From the NCBI GenBank assembly GCA_964016885.1, contig OZ024755.1, positions 18,600,001-18,664,000 on the forward strand: a stretch of DNA of 64,000 nt. Reading direction: 5' to 3'. Source of the DNA: Eledone cirrhosa (Eukaryota). Position numbers and translations under genes: made by a program. The notes beneath the pieces are model-generated. The model worked only from the letters and a program-made list of their open reading frames with translations, was not told where the DNA came from and made no database searches. Shown piece after piece: positions 24,481 to 37,529 of the stretch (position 1 is the stretch's first letter; every line of letters starts with the position of its first letter).

Positions 24481-26144
24481 AATATAATACATCTTGAAAT
24501 TAGTTAATAGAATAGAGGCTGTTTGAAGAAAATGGTGTACATGTGTGTATAAACTCCACAACATAACATAACATGAGATAAAAGTACATTTATTTACTCA
24601 TGGAGACTGACACATCAGATTTCAAGTGTGTTGAACATAAAATACTTAACATTGAAATTATCATGATACACCACTTTCACTATCTTAAAATTATATATCT
24701 GCTGGAGGAGATAGAATAAATTTTAAGAGAGCAAAAAACCATATACATAGCATACAGCAATATAATTTTAACTCTAAACCTGAACAAAAAGGTCAAATTA
24801 TAATGTATGGTGGATATAGATTAGAGAGGGGTTTCTTATAGGGTGGGGAATGAATATAGATTAGACTGGGGTTTCCTTATGGGGGCTAGGGTTTTGATTT
24901 AGATTAGACTAGAGTTTCTAGGGGTTTTGATGATTGAAAAGAAGCAGATAGCTTTTTCTTTAATGTTTCATCAGGGAGGGAAAGGCAATGCCCATGGCCC
25001 TTTTTAGGGCTTCCATGACTGATGGGAGGAAAGGGAGAGGAGAAGTTGTCCTCAAATTGGAGACCTGACCTGAATACTTGCAGCAGAATACAAGTGATTT
25101 AGTCAATCATATTGACCCCTTATATATCTATATATATAGCCAGAAGAAATATGGTTGCCACCACCACCACCACCATCACACGTAGGTTTTTTTTTTACTG
25201 TGATGCAGTCATGGATTCATGTGCTACATGAGCTTAAGAGTTAATAACATTTAGTATAAATCTATTATATATTTCTTTGTTTGTTTCATATGAATAAATT
25301 CTCTTTTTAAAACAATTTTTGCTTCATTTTGTATCTTACTAAAATTAGAGTTGTATGGATTCCGAGATTTATGAAAATTCTTATAAGTGCCATGTGACAA
25401 AATAAGTTCAGAAATCCCAGGATATGACAAACAGATGCCAAACCTTTCTAATAAATAATTATAATATAAAATCTAATATAAGTAAAATCTCTAAAAATAC
25501 AACAGATAGATAAATGAATAAACAGTAGCAAGCCTGAAACCCCTAAACCCAATGAGTTAACAAGGGAGCCTCAACATGGTTGTGTGAAATGCTAGAAATA
25601 GCAAGAAAAATTCCTCCAAATCACACCCTCCCGTTGAAATTCTGTTCACATATTTGTTATGTAACAGGCCAACCCCAGCAAAAATGGCACTGAAAGAGTT
25701 AAGTTAATAACTGTTTCTACTTTAGGCACAAGGCCAGCAATTATCCAGTGCATTACTGGTACTTTATTTTATCGACCCTGTAAGGATGAAAGGCAAAGTC
25801 AACCTCGGCGGGATTTGAACTCAGATCGTAAAGGGACGTAACTATGCTGGAAAGCATGGCGTCCGACCCTCTACCGATACTGCCAAAAGTTAATAACAGT
25901 GATATTTTAAGATAATTACTGGTTCAAGTATTTTATGTTTAAAACACTTTAAATATGATGTGTCAGGCTCCATGAGTAAATAAATGTACTTCTCTTCTAG
26001 ATTGTATAGTTAATACACTAATCCTTTAGTTGGTGCAATCTCATTTTCTTCTAGGTTGTATAGTTAATATGTATATATCTTTTACTTGGTGCAATCTCTC
26101 ATTTTCTTCAGGAAATAAGCAATAGCTCAATGATCTATTGTTTA

Positions 26145-26330
26145 TCTATACATATATATAAAATTGAAATTGTCTGTGTGTCCCCCTAAGTTTTGCAAAG
26201 TCTATACAAATCCACATTTCTACTCCGATTGACTTCAAACTTGCATTTATATATTCCTTGCGATCTAAAGATATTAACTGCAGCTTTTATTTTTCAAATT
26301 TCTGTTGTTAAAGGGGTGTTAGGCGCCGGT
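26145..26330 (+). mobile_element. Probable 5' fragment of a non-autonomous Helitron
   Basis: A|TCtatacatatatataaaattgaaattgtctgtgtg start resembles the 5' end of the Helitrons at 35-36 kb; no 3' CTAG end seen. Confidence 0.45.
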
Positions 26331-29300
26331 TATCTCTCTCTCTCTCTCTCTCTTTATTAGTCTGTCTTTTTATCTCACATAATATCGAATCTATGTGATT
26401 TTGAAAGTATTTATTTTGAGAACAATACCTTAACATCAGTATGAGCGACCTGTTACAGCCAGTTTCAACAGAAAAAGGTAAAGAATTCTGGCTGGTTTTG
26501 GCCGGTTTGAACATTAAAGGGTTAAGGCTTTGTGTCTATAAAAAATAAATAACCCAGCTTATGAGTCGCCAATAGCCAAAATACTTTTGGCAAAAATAAA
26601 GAAAAAAAGAGGAGTTTGTCAGAATAAAAAGAAAGACTATAGAAAATGAACATATGTTACTAGCAACGTCAAAACAAGATTTTGTTAAAGTTTTTTTATT
26701 TATTAATTTGCTTTAGCGTTATATGATAAAAAAAAATAATTGTTTCTACTATTGGCACAAGGCCAGCAATTACCCAGTACATTACTAGTACTTTATTTTA
26801 TCGACTCCGTAAGGATGAAAGGCAAAGTTAACGTCGGCGGGATTTGAACTCAGAATGTCAAGGGCCGTAACTCTATGCGCCAAAGCAAGGCGTCCGACCC
26901 TCTACCGATACTGCCAATTCACCGAAAAAAATATAATAAAACATTTGAATTTTTAAACATAGCATATTGGCAGCATAAGTTAGTATAAGTTACTTCCCTT
27001 ACAGCTAGCGACTTGCGTGTGCGTGACAGTTTATTAAAAATAAAACAGTCACATTTCCTAGCGAAATGACATAAACACAAGGAAATAAAAAGAAGCTAAT
27101 CACAAAACAACAGTAAAAAAACACTGGTATTCTTTTGTATTCGAGAAAACTGGGAAATTATTCCTCATACAATTCCACTAACAGAAGAGCTAACGTAAAT
27201 TTAATCACACACACTCTAAATCCCTTATAAATAAATTATCGTAGCTGGACACCTCTATTTTTTATTCTTTACCACGAAAAGTAATAGCAATTATTTGATA
27301 TAAAATTTCACTCAGACATATAATTAAAGCCGAGTAAATTAGAGCGAAAGATAAAATGGTAAAAATAGATTAAATACTTTCATGTCTAATTTGAGTTATT
27401 CCCCTTGGCACGAAAGCTAACAGTTAATGGAATAACTCAACTCAACTACTCGTTTGTAAACAAGTTACGTAGAAATGTCATATAAATTTTAAATATAGAC
27501 AAGAGACAACTTGTATTTAAAAAAAAAAAAAATGGTATGAATTTTAACGTCTTATAAAAGTAATTATGTTGTTAAACTGATACAGCTTATGTACACAATA
27601 TAGAAGAGGTATAGTGTAATATATATTTTAATGGAAGGTAGACAACTAATAATATAGAAGATACCGTTTGACTTATAATTGTTTCTACTTTTGGCACAAG
27701 GCCAGCAATTACTCAGTGCATTACTGGTACTTTATTATTTTTTTTATCGACCCCGTAAGGATGAAAGACAAAGTTAACCCCGGCGGGATTTGAACTGGCA
27801 AGGGCCATAACTCTGCGTCAAAGCATAGTGTCTGACCCTCTACCGGTACTGCCGAATATGTGCCACAATAAGGTGCATCCTGTCTGCGCTGTAAAGTGGT
27901 AAAGTTGGTGCTACAATAAAATACACTTGGTAAGGTAGTTGGTGATAGAACTATGAAGGGCATCCAACTTTAGAAACCATACCAAATTTGGAATATATGA
28001 TGATCTAGATGAAGTCTCTTCAGCCTGTCTAGTTTTAGACTGCAACAGACTGTCCATCCAACAAATGCTAGCCTGGACTATGAAGGGCATCCAACTTTAG
28101 AAACCATACCAAATTTGGAATATATGATGATCTAGATGAAGTCTCTTCAGCCTGTCTAGTTTTAGACTGCAACAGACTGTCCATCCAACCCATGCTAGCC
28201 TGGAAAGTAGACTAGGACGACGATGATGATTTGAGTTCAAATCTCACTATGGTTCATTTTGTTATTGACAAAACTTTTATTGACGCCTTAATTGATAAAG
28301 AGTCAGACACCAGGCTTTGTGGCATGTAGTTACATACTTTTACATTCTGAGTTCAAATTCCACCAAGGTTAGCTTTGCTTTTCATCTTTAAAGAGTTGAT
28401 AAAATAAAGTATCAGTAACTGGGGTCGATTTAATTAACTATCCCCTCCCAAAAATATTATTGGCCTTGTGTCTAAATCAAAAATCCTAATTCATCTGAGT
28501 TTGATTTTACTTTTCCTCCATTGGAGTTCAATAAAAAAAAAAACAAAAAAAAAAAAAACACACTAGTTATGTATATATATATTTAAAGAAAGAGAGAGAT
28601 GCAAAATCCCAACCACAGTGCCAAGAGGTCAAAGATTTTACTCTCATAAAACCTTACAAAGATCCAATATATAATGGTGTTGATGATGCCCCAGGTAGAT
28701 AGAATAACATTATAATTTTAGTTTTATCTCTGTAGATTCTGAATTCAAATCCCACCAGTATCAAGTTAATCCTTTTTGATACCAAACTGTCTTAAACTAG
28801 GTACTGTTATTCAATAATGCTTCTTTTAAATAAAGTGTTTACATTTATTTAAAAAAGAAAAACTTCTATCATAATTCTATGTAAGTTATGCTCCAAACAC
28901 TGGCTTAGAAATGACAAAGTCAGTTATATTACTGAAGCCCCCCCCCCCCCAATTCTTTATTTTCAAAATTATTTAAAAACCATAGTGTAATTTTTCATTA
29001 GAAGTATAGTAATGACGAGTTTAAGCCTTCATCATTGCTAGGTCCCTATAAACACCATAAGTTCAGGTTTCTTACTCTTATTTTATTTTTATTTTCACAT
29101 CAGTCACAAAGGCCCTGTAAAAGTATAGTGAGTGTAGGCAACCCTTTCACCTCTAAGAAGCAAACAAAAAAAAAAAAAGGAAAGAAAATGTCCCAGTATA
29201 AAACAGAGTTGATTTTCTCTGGGGAAAAAAACAAAATGAAAGAACTGTGTCCTTACACCTGAATAAGGAAGCCATATTATTGTCACATAGAAGAGAATAG

Positions 29301-29632
29301 ATATATATAAACGTTGATTATTCAGGTGTAATATTCAGTGAGATAGAGAAACTATTGTTAAACAGATTGTTTTACAAAGAATAATATTTAGTTTGATTTA
29401 GAGCTTCTGAAATCTGACTCTACTTCACTACTTTCTTCCTTTAATCACTAAATTATTTATGCGTTGCCAACAAATTAATAAGGACTCTCACTATGAAATA
29501 AATTATATCGTTCTCAGCTTGTAAGTCTATTACATTCTCTCTCTCTCTCATACTTATGTTACGTTACACATATAAAACAAACATACACAAACTCAGCTAT
29601 CAAATATAGACAAGGTAGTACTAGTTAGAGCA

Positions 29633-29950
29633 AGGGTCTTAAACACACAGCTATAGATAACGTAGTCCTAAATGAGGGGTCTTAAACACACAGCTATAGA
29701 TAACGTAGTCCTAAATGAGGGGTCTTAAACACACAGCTATAGATAACGTAGTCCTAAATGAGGGGTCTTAAACACACAGCTATAGATAACAGTCCTAAAT
29801 GAAGGGTCTTAAACACACAGCTATAGATAACGTAGTCCTAAATGAGGGGTCTTAAACACACAGCTATAGATAACGTAGTCCTAAATGAGGGGTCTGAAAC
29901 ACACAGCTATAGATAACGTAGTCCTAAATGAGGGGTCTGAAAAAACACAG
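29633..29950. repeat. 43-bp minisatellite, about 7 copies
   Basis: gggtcttaaacacacagctatagataacgtagtcctaaatgag repeated. Confidence 0.95.
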
Positions 29951-30368
29951 CCTGCAAACTACTTTTCGTTAGCCCATGACAGAACAATCTTCATGACTAA
30001 TTAAGGCAAATTAGTTCCCCTACATTTAATACTAATTCACATATCCCACTTACTATTATATGTGTCTTCATTTTGACAAAGAAAAATAAATAAGTAAATA
30101 CTAGCAGCCTATCAGTTGTATTACAGATTAGCATTATAACTAGAAGAAATCCTCCTCCATACACACCTCTCCCCTGTTTTAGAGGGAGGTGACAGATCCT
30201 CAGTCGGTTGTAGCGATGAGCATTTAGTTGTTTGATCAAATGAATGTGTCTCTCTCTATCTATCTATCACACGGACTGGCAATTGCTAATTTTTGGGCCG
30301 CCTTCTCGTCTTGGGCATCTTTCAGCCCCTTGGACTGTGTCTATTATATTCCTTTGTTAAATTTCGGA

Positions 30369-30426
30369 ATACCTGATGATGTCACCGGATTCATACTGAA
30401 CCCAGTCATTGGAATGTTCATAGTAT
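30369..30426 (+). ncRNA. Degenerate minimal hammerhead motif in a PLE-like remnant (about 30265-30480)
   Basis: Stem I ATAC/GTAT; CTGATGA 30373-79; imperfect long stem II; GGAA instead of GAAA; T-GTTC-A-TA; followed by AATAAA and (TA)n. Confidence 0.55.
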
Positions 30427-30470
30427 AATAAACCTTTTAAGGAATTACACCAGTCCAGCCTCCTGTTATT

Positions 30471-30536
<66 letters not shown>

Positions 30537-30756
30537 GGTAGAACACTGGAAGGTAATATCTGTAGTGGTAGAGCACTCAATCCATGGGACGAGTTAAGTA
30601 GAAGTGGTAACCACTTCTATATATATATATACATACATATATATACATATATACATATACATATATATATATATATATGTATGTATATGTATGTATATGT
30701 ATATATATACATATATATGTATATATATATACATATATATATATATGTATATATAT

Positions 30757-30816
<60 letters not shown>

Positions 30817-32010
30817 ATATATATATATAAAATTGTTGAATATTCCACAGACACGTGTACACTTAACATACACCTCAGACAGTTGTCAAGTATGTAGACA
30901 TCAGTGAGGTGTCTTACATTACCATATATGATCATAGTTTGACACAAATTTGTATAATTAAATCCAATATATTATAATTTCCCGTGATCAATAAATAAAT
31001 CTCTAAACATCTTTGATAGTGGAAATATCTAAAGCAGTGAAAAGGGTTGTATGGTGTCACATAATTTGGCATGGGTGTGTGTGGACTATGTAGTGGAAAA
31101 TGCAGGGTTAGTAATTTTCTTATTAGGTTTGTCAGCTTACCACACTGAAAGCTAAAATCATATTATTTAGAAGAATGGGGTGCACATTTTAGAGCTAGCC
31201 TCGGGTGCTAAATACCCAAACACCAGCACTGCACATACATGCATACATACATGAAATTATGCACACCTATACATTTTGTATATGTTTTAAAAAGCATATA
31301 TATATTTTCCGACATAGCTTGTTCATTCAGAGATGCTTAGGCACCAACTCTGCACACACAAACATACATATATGCATGTATGTATACCTATGCATTTTAT
31401 ATATCTTTTAAGGTCTGCATATTTTCCAACATAGCTTGTTATTATGTCAAAGAGATGTACGTATGAACACCTATACATTTTATATACTAACCCATGCTAG
31501 CGTGGAAGAACGGACGTAAAACGGTGATGATGATGATGATGATACCTTTTAAGAAGTATATATATTTTCCAACATAATTGTTTCTATGTTAGGTACAAGG
31601 CCAGCAATTACCCCAGTGCATTACTGGTGCTTTATTTTATCGACCCCATAGGATGAAAGGCAAAGCTAACCTCAGTGGGATTTTAACTCAGAACGTAAAG
31701 GGCCATACCTCTGTGTCGCAGAGCATGGTGTTTGACACTCTACCGATACTGCCAATCGACAACATAATAGCATGTCTATTATGTCAAAGTGACTTAGCAG
31801 TGAGAGAGAGGAAATATTAAAATGGTTGTTTCCCTCCCAGTCTTTTGTTTGCAAGTCACTAGCAGAAATGGTAATTGTGATAGTGAAAGCTTTTATAAGG
31901 TGACAAATGTCAAGTGCAATAGCTACAACTTGATTATTATACTTTGTCATATGTTGCATTTAAGCACACACACATACACAGGCACACACACACACCTATA
32001 TATATATAAT

Positions 32011-32044
<34 letters not shown>

Positions 32045-32236
32045 ATATATATATATATAAAGAGAGAGAGACCCTAGATAGAGATAGACAGATACATCAA
32101 CCAACAGATAGGCAAGCAGATAGACAGATATATAGAGGCAGAGATAGACACATACACATATCTGTCTGTCTATCTATCAGTCTGTCTCTGTCTATACATT
32201 ATATATATATATATATATATATATTAGATAGATATA

Positions 32237-32910
32237 TTTTTTTATTTGCCACAGGGGCATACAAAAATGGGACATTACAAGACGTGACAGCGGGGGTTTT
32301 ACATAAAAATAACTTTAACATTAATAAATAAAAATAAACTATATATAATAAAATAACAATTGAAATCCCCAGTAGGGGAGAACGTTACTGCAGGGTTGTT
32401 TTACACCCCGTGGATAGAACAACCCTCAACACCAGGAACACGTTTTGTAGGTGTTCCTGTCTTCCCTCTGTTTATCTTCCTCAACCTACAGGTTTATATA
32501 CAGAGAAGGCCCATTCACTCGGGCCATTTTTGCCACATTCACCCACCTTTCATCGAATTTACTGGGGTGTAGCACCTCTCTCTCCACTCCCACCTTCCTT
32601 CTGAAGTGGTACTTAAAGATGGGGATAAGTTGTTGTCCGGAGAGAGAGGTGTTTGCCCTCAGTCCTTTTAACCTTGTCCACCATATTACCTCTTTCGCCA
32701 TAGCCACCAGACAGAACAAAACCGCCTCTCCTTCATTCTTAAATGAAGGCGGTAGGTTGATCCTCATGATGGACTCGACTGACAACTGGATGTGTCCCAC
32801 ACGTGATAGTAGCTGTTCGACATAATTTCACAGGTCGGTCACCCCTGGGCACTGAATAATTGCGTGCAGAATGGTTTCAATGTCCTGCTCGCATCTTGTA
32901 CAGGTCCTTT
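32237..32910 (-). pseudogene. Tx1/L1-group LINE 3' fragment (ORF2 C-terminal zinc knuckle, 3' UTR, poly-A)
   Basis: CTRCEQDIETILHAIIQC (CxxC..ET..H....C), an internal stop, then ...AKEVIWWTR...FDERW; ends ggcaaataaaaaaaa on the minus strand. Confidence 0.85.
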
Positions 32911-33997
32911 AACCATTTATAGAAACCAATTTATTATTATTACTCTATTACATGTATCAGTCAACAAAAGTTTTCACAATGATCTGTCAACTAGCAAAGA
33001 CACTATAAACATTTGAATTAACAAAGATATTTTCTGCTTAAATCACTAACATGATGTTAAGAGTTAACAACAGCATTGTAGAAATAGAAAAGAATAGAAT
33101 AAGTACATATCACCAATTTTAAGTGTAAAGCCATGTTAGCATGGAAGAATGGATGTTAAATAATGATGATGATGATGGTGGTAACTTTTGTTTTTCAGCA
33201 CTCTAGTGAAACAGTTACAGACTTGAAGAGTACATTAGTAAAATATCAGTTAAAAATACAATTAATTTGTATTTCAAATACAATTTTCTATGATTTTAAA
33301 AATACAACTAGCTTTACATTGAACAGATTCTCAGAATTTGTTTAATAGCACGTCATAATGGAAAAAAAAAGAAATGCCTTTAAATCAACCCACAGCAAAA
33401 TAATGTTGAACTATTGTTAAATAAATTTTTTATCTCAGTCTGAACAAAGGCCCAGAAAGAGAAAGCAATTTGTCTATGTAAGTACATACACCCACGAGTA
33501 GTTTTATTATAAATAATGATATTGAAAAGTCAAACACTTATTCAAATACAATTATTTATACAAGCTGTTAGAGCTAGCAAGCTGCTATAAAAAAAAAATC
33601 AATGCTTTTTTTACGTAATAAGAATTAAAACTAAAAATAACAAGAAATGTTACATAAACTGAAGACTGCTCCTAATAATATAGAGCAGGTAACGTAAACA
33701 TTTCAGGTACAATTTTCTTAAAGCAAAACTGATAAAGAAAAAATTATCAAAAAGTTATACTGAATTTAAAAATAATTTATCATAGAAAGTGTTTATCAAA
33801 AATGCATATTTTTTAACACTGAAAGATGGTATTAGGAGGGGCATCCAGCTGTAGAACCAAGCCAAAATACAGATCCATATGAGCATGATGTGGTCTTATA
33901 GTGTGACAACCTGTCTAACCCATGCAAGTGTGGAAAATGGATGTTAAATGATGAATGATTATCTTCAATGAGCTAATATGAAAGAGTCTCACCCTAC

Positions 33998-34113
33998 CTT
34001 ATAATCCTCAGAGAGTAACATCCATGTTTCTAGGTTTGATTCATCCGGGAAATCCTCGGATATACCCATTGTAAATACTTCATGGTTCCATAAATTATTA
34101 TAATAATTATTAT
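33998..34113 (-). CDS. Candidate isolated 116-nt coding exon of an unidentified host gene
   Basis: ctctttag| acceptor and AAG|gtaggg donor; one open frame, NNYYNNLWNHEVFTMGISEDFPDESNLETWMLLSEDYK; non-repetitive. No homolog recognised. Confidence 0.35.
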
Positions 34114-34701
34114 CTAAAGAGCATTACAGTGAAACAAGCATGTTTGCAATGCAAACTAAAAAGCTGTATGTGCCAAACCACAACATAAAAAATGTATCAT
34201 ATATTCACAAGCTCTGAACTCTTGACCCTGAGATAACAAGTGGTCATCTAAGAAGGTTTACAGAGAATTACAAACAAATATATATTGTGTTAAAAATAAA
34301 ATAGCACAAAAGCAAAAAAAAACTCTTGATAAAAAAACCACTTGATAAACACTGCTAAGTAAATGAGAGTCACACAAGAGGTAGCTTTGAAAAAGTTGTC
34401 CTTTTCTAAGGAGACACTATTTACTTTTAGTAAGGGAAGAAAAGCTGCTAAGAATGGTTTTCTTTATTCAAGTATCTACAAATGGTTCCAGTTATAATAG
34501 TCACGCCCAAAGTTTGGACAAAGTAGGGAGATTTGGTTATGTTTTTTTTTATAAAATTTATCTGTTAGATCTGTAAAATATGTGAAACAAACACTTCTAG
34601 GTAGTAACAATTATTGTGAGATTAAAACACGCACACACACACATGTATACACACACATTTATATATATGTATACACACATATATATGTATACACACACAT
34701 A

Positions 34702-34953
34702 TATAAACTAAAAGTTGTTAAGACAAAGTTACCCCACCATAATTGCTTTATTACATGATATATATTTCTGTTACATGGTTATACATGTGACTTCATCAGA
34801 TGCTCATACAATCATTAGGTGCTGTTATGAAATCATGACCAGCGACATATTCTAATGATGAAGTCACATGTATAACCATGTAATAGAAATATATATCATG
34901 CAATAAAGCAATCATGGTGAAGTAACCTCATCTTAACTACTCGTAATTTGATA
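34702..34953. mobile_element. Penelope-like remnant: older imperfect inverted repeat carrying an HHR
   Basis: Arms about 34713-34798 / 34856-34941 with several mismatches and a 57-nt spacer. Confidence 0.7.
34753..34803 (-). ncRNA. Type I minimal hammerhead ribozyme
   Basis: GCAT-CTGATGA-aGTcACATG tataac CATGTaACa-GAAAT-ATAT-ATC|ATGT; palindromic ATAT loop; followed by AATAAA. The base of stem II is mismatched. Confidence 0.65.
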
Positions 34954-35116
34954 AATAAATAATCTGTTACTCCTCATCAACATTTAGCTGGGATAAAATA
35001 TAGACGTGAAGTTATGTTCCAAACATTGACTCAATGATGCAGAAGTTAGTTATATTACAGAATCCCTCCAAATTCTTATTTTCAAAATTATTTGAAAATC
35101 ACAAGTAAGGAAAAGG

Positions 35117-35918
35117 CTAACCCTAGAGCATTTACTCTATATATACCATTGTATTTTTTGTGGTAAAGTTTTATCTTACACTAGCAGTGGTACCCGGCGT
35201 TGCACGTGATAAGGTATTGTGAAATATATAACCGCCTTAGCTGAGCTTAGTATTGCCACAACCACGGCTGGCAAAGAAGTAAGGGTCTGGTGGTACGTAA
35301 GTAAGCAACACTGTGGCTTAAAACGCGAGGAAGAAGTTGTGTGCACATACCAACTGTTTGGTGAATGAGTGTGAGATTTGTCTTGAGCAAGGGTGGCAGA
35401 ATAACCGGAGGCAGCAGACAGCCAGACATAGAGACATATTATAAGGGCGCGTTCTGGACGCAGAGCGAATTGTAGGAAGTGACGTAACGCAAACAGCCAG
35501 ACATACAGACAGATATTATAAGGGCGCGACGTTATATGTATGTATCTATCTAAAAAGAGAAAGACTAAGAATTATAGAGAGAGATCGCTAAATCGCCTAA
35601 TGCGGTCCCTAGGGCATTGAAAATTGGAATTTGTTTTTGCTCAGAACACTCCCTGAAGCAAGTATTACATGTGTAAAGTTTGAAAACAGTCGGTTGGGTG
35701 GTTCTCGAGTTTTAGGGATTCAAACTCACACACACACACAGACAGACATCCTCAGTTTTATATATATAGATATTTATCTGACATAATATCGAATCTACGA
35801 GATTTTGATGTTATTTATTTTCAGAACAATATCTTAATGTCAGTTGTGGCCAGTTTAAACAGAAAGAAGGTGAGAGAATTCTGGCCAGATATGACCGGTT
35901 TAAATGTTAAAGGGTTAA
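35117..35918. mobile_element. piggyBac-like MITE split by a Helitron insertion
   Basis: 35117-35180 plus 35771-35918 rejoin into the family seen intact at 55818-56036. Confidence 0.8.
35181..35770 (-). mobile_element. Non-autonomous Helitron
   Basis: Minus strand reads A|TCtatatatataaaactgag ... caacgccgggtaccactgCTAG|T; inserted at an AT dinucleotide with no TSD. Confidence 0.88.
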
Positions 35919-36159
35919 ACTATCAAACCTCCAATTTTAACTTAGCAAAAACCATTATCAATCATATATGACACACACAGACAGACAGACAGACAACAAC
36001 CATATGGTAAGGCACACACACACACAACAACAACAATAGCTATATTGTTTTTCTTCTTTTATTGGTTTCAGTCATTGAACACCGAACTGTATAGGGACAG
36101 TGTCTTAAGTAGCTGAGATATTGTATGGAATAATACAATAGAAACATTGTTTAACAATA

Positions 36160-36739
36160 TACTATATATATAAAACTGAGGAAGTCTGTCTGTGTGTGTG
36201 TGTGAGTTTGAATCCCTAAAACTCGAGAACCACCCAACCGACTGTTTTCAAACTTTACACATGTAATACTTATGTTTCAGAGAGTGTTCTGAGCAAAACC
36301 AAATTCCAATTTTCAATGCCCGAGGGACCACATTAGGCGATTTAGCGATCTCATTCTATAATTCTTAGTCTTTCTCTTTTTAGATAGATACATACCCTTA
36401 TAATATCTATCTGTATGTCTGGCTGTCTGCATTACGTCACTTCCTACAATTCGCTCTGCGTCCTGTACGCGCCCTTATAATATGTCTCTATGTCTGGCTG
36501 TCTGCTGCCTCCGGTTATTCTGCCACCCTTGCTCAAGACAAATCTCACACTCATTCACCAAACAGTTGGTATGTGCACACAACTTCTTCCTCACGTTTTA
36601 AGCCACAATGTTGCTTACTTACGTACCACCAGACCCTTACTTCTTTGCCAGCCGTGGTTGTGGCAATACTAAGCTTAGCTAAGGCAGGTTATATATTTCA
36701 CAATACCTTATCCTGTGCAACGCCGGGTACCACTGCTAG
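36160..36739 (+). mobile_element. Second copy of the same Helitron, inverted
   Basis: Highly similar reverse complement of 35181-35770; ends gccgggtaccactgCTAG|T. Confidence 0.88.
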
Positions 36740-37529
36740 TACTATATATAATACATAGGCAGTGAATTGGCAAAGTCGTTAAGACATCGGATAGAATGCT
36801 TTACGGTGTTTGTCTCACCTCATAGCGTGCTCTGAGTTCAAATCCTGTTGTGATCAACTTTGCCTTTCATCCTTTCGAGGTCTATAAAAAAGTACCAGTC
36901 CACTACTGGGGTCGATTCTTTCTCTATAGAAAAAATTGGCTGTGTTCAGACCTGGAGAGGGTTGGGCTCTGCCAGGTTTTAAAGTGCCCTAGACACACCG
37001 TATGACGGTGTCTCTATGACTCCACAAGGGGTTATGGGGGATATATAATATATTATCATAATTAAACTTTGCCTTTCATCCTTACGGGGTCGATAAAATA
37101 AAGTACCAGTAATGCACTGGGTTATTGCTGGCCTTGTGCCTAACGTAGAAACAATAATTAACAGTAGTACTAACACAGTGGGATTCAAAATAAAGACGTA
37201 TATCAAAGGTATATATACAATATAATCACAGGCAATGTGAGTAAAACATTGATAAATTCTCTTCCATACAATAACTATTGAAACCTGTTGAGGGAGTTAA
37301 GGTAAAATATTATTTAAATCTATGTTAATTAATTCTGATCTTCCCATTCCTCCAGTTTCCTCTCTTCTCTTCCTCCCCCTCTCTCTCTCTCTTTTCTGTC
37401 CGCCCCCCCCCCCTCTCTCTCTCTCCTGCCCTTTTTCTATCTCTATCTCTCTCTATCTCTCTCTCTTACACTTGTTTCTTTACAGAACTCATGAATTAAT
37501 GGGATGCTGCATAACAATAATGGGAGTGA

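Noticed and set aside
35247-36672. Two near-identical 60-aa ORFs (MSGCLLPP...)
   Set aside because: They lie inside the two copies of a non-autonomous Helitron; identity reflects the repeat, not selection.
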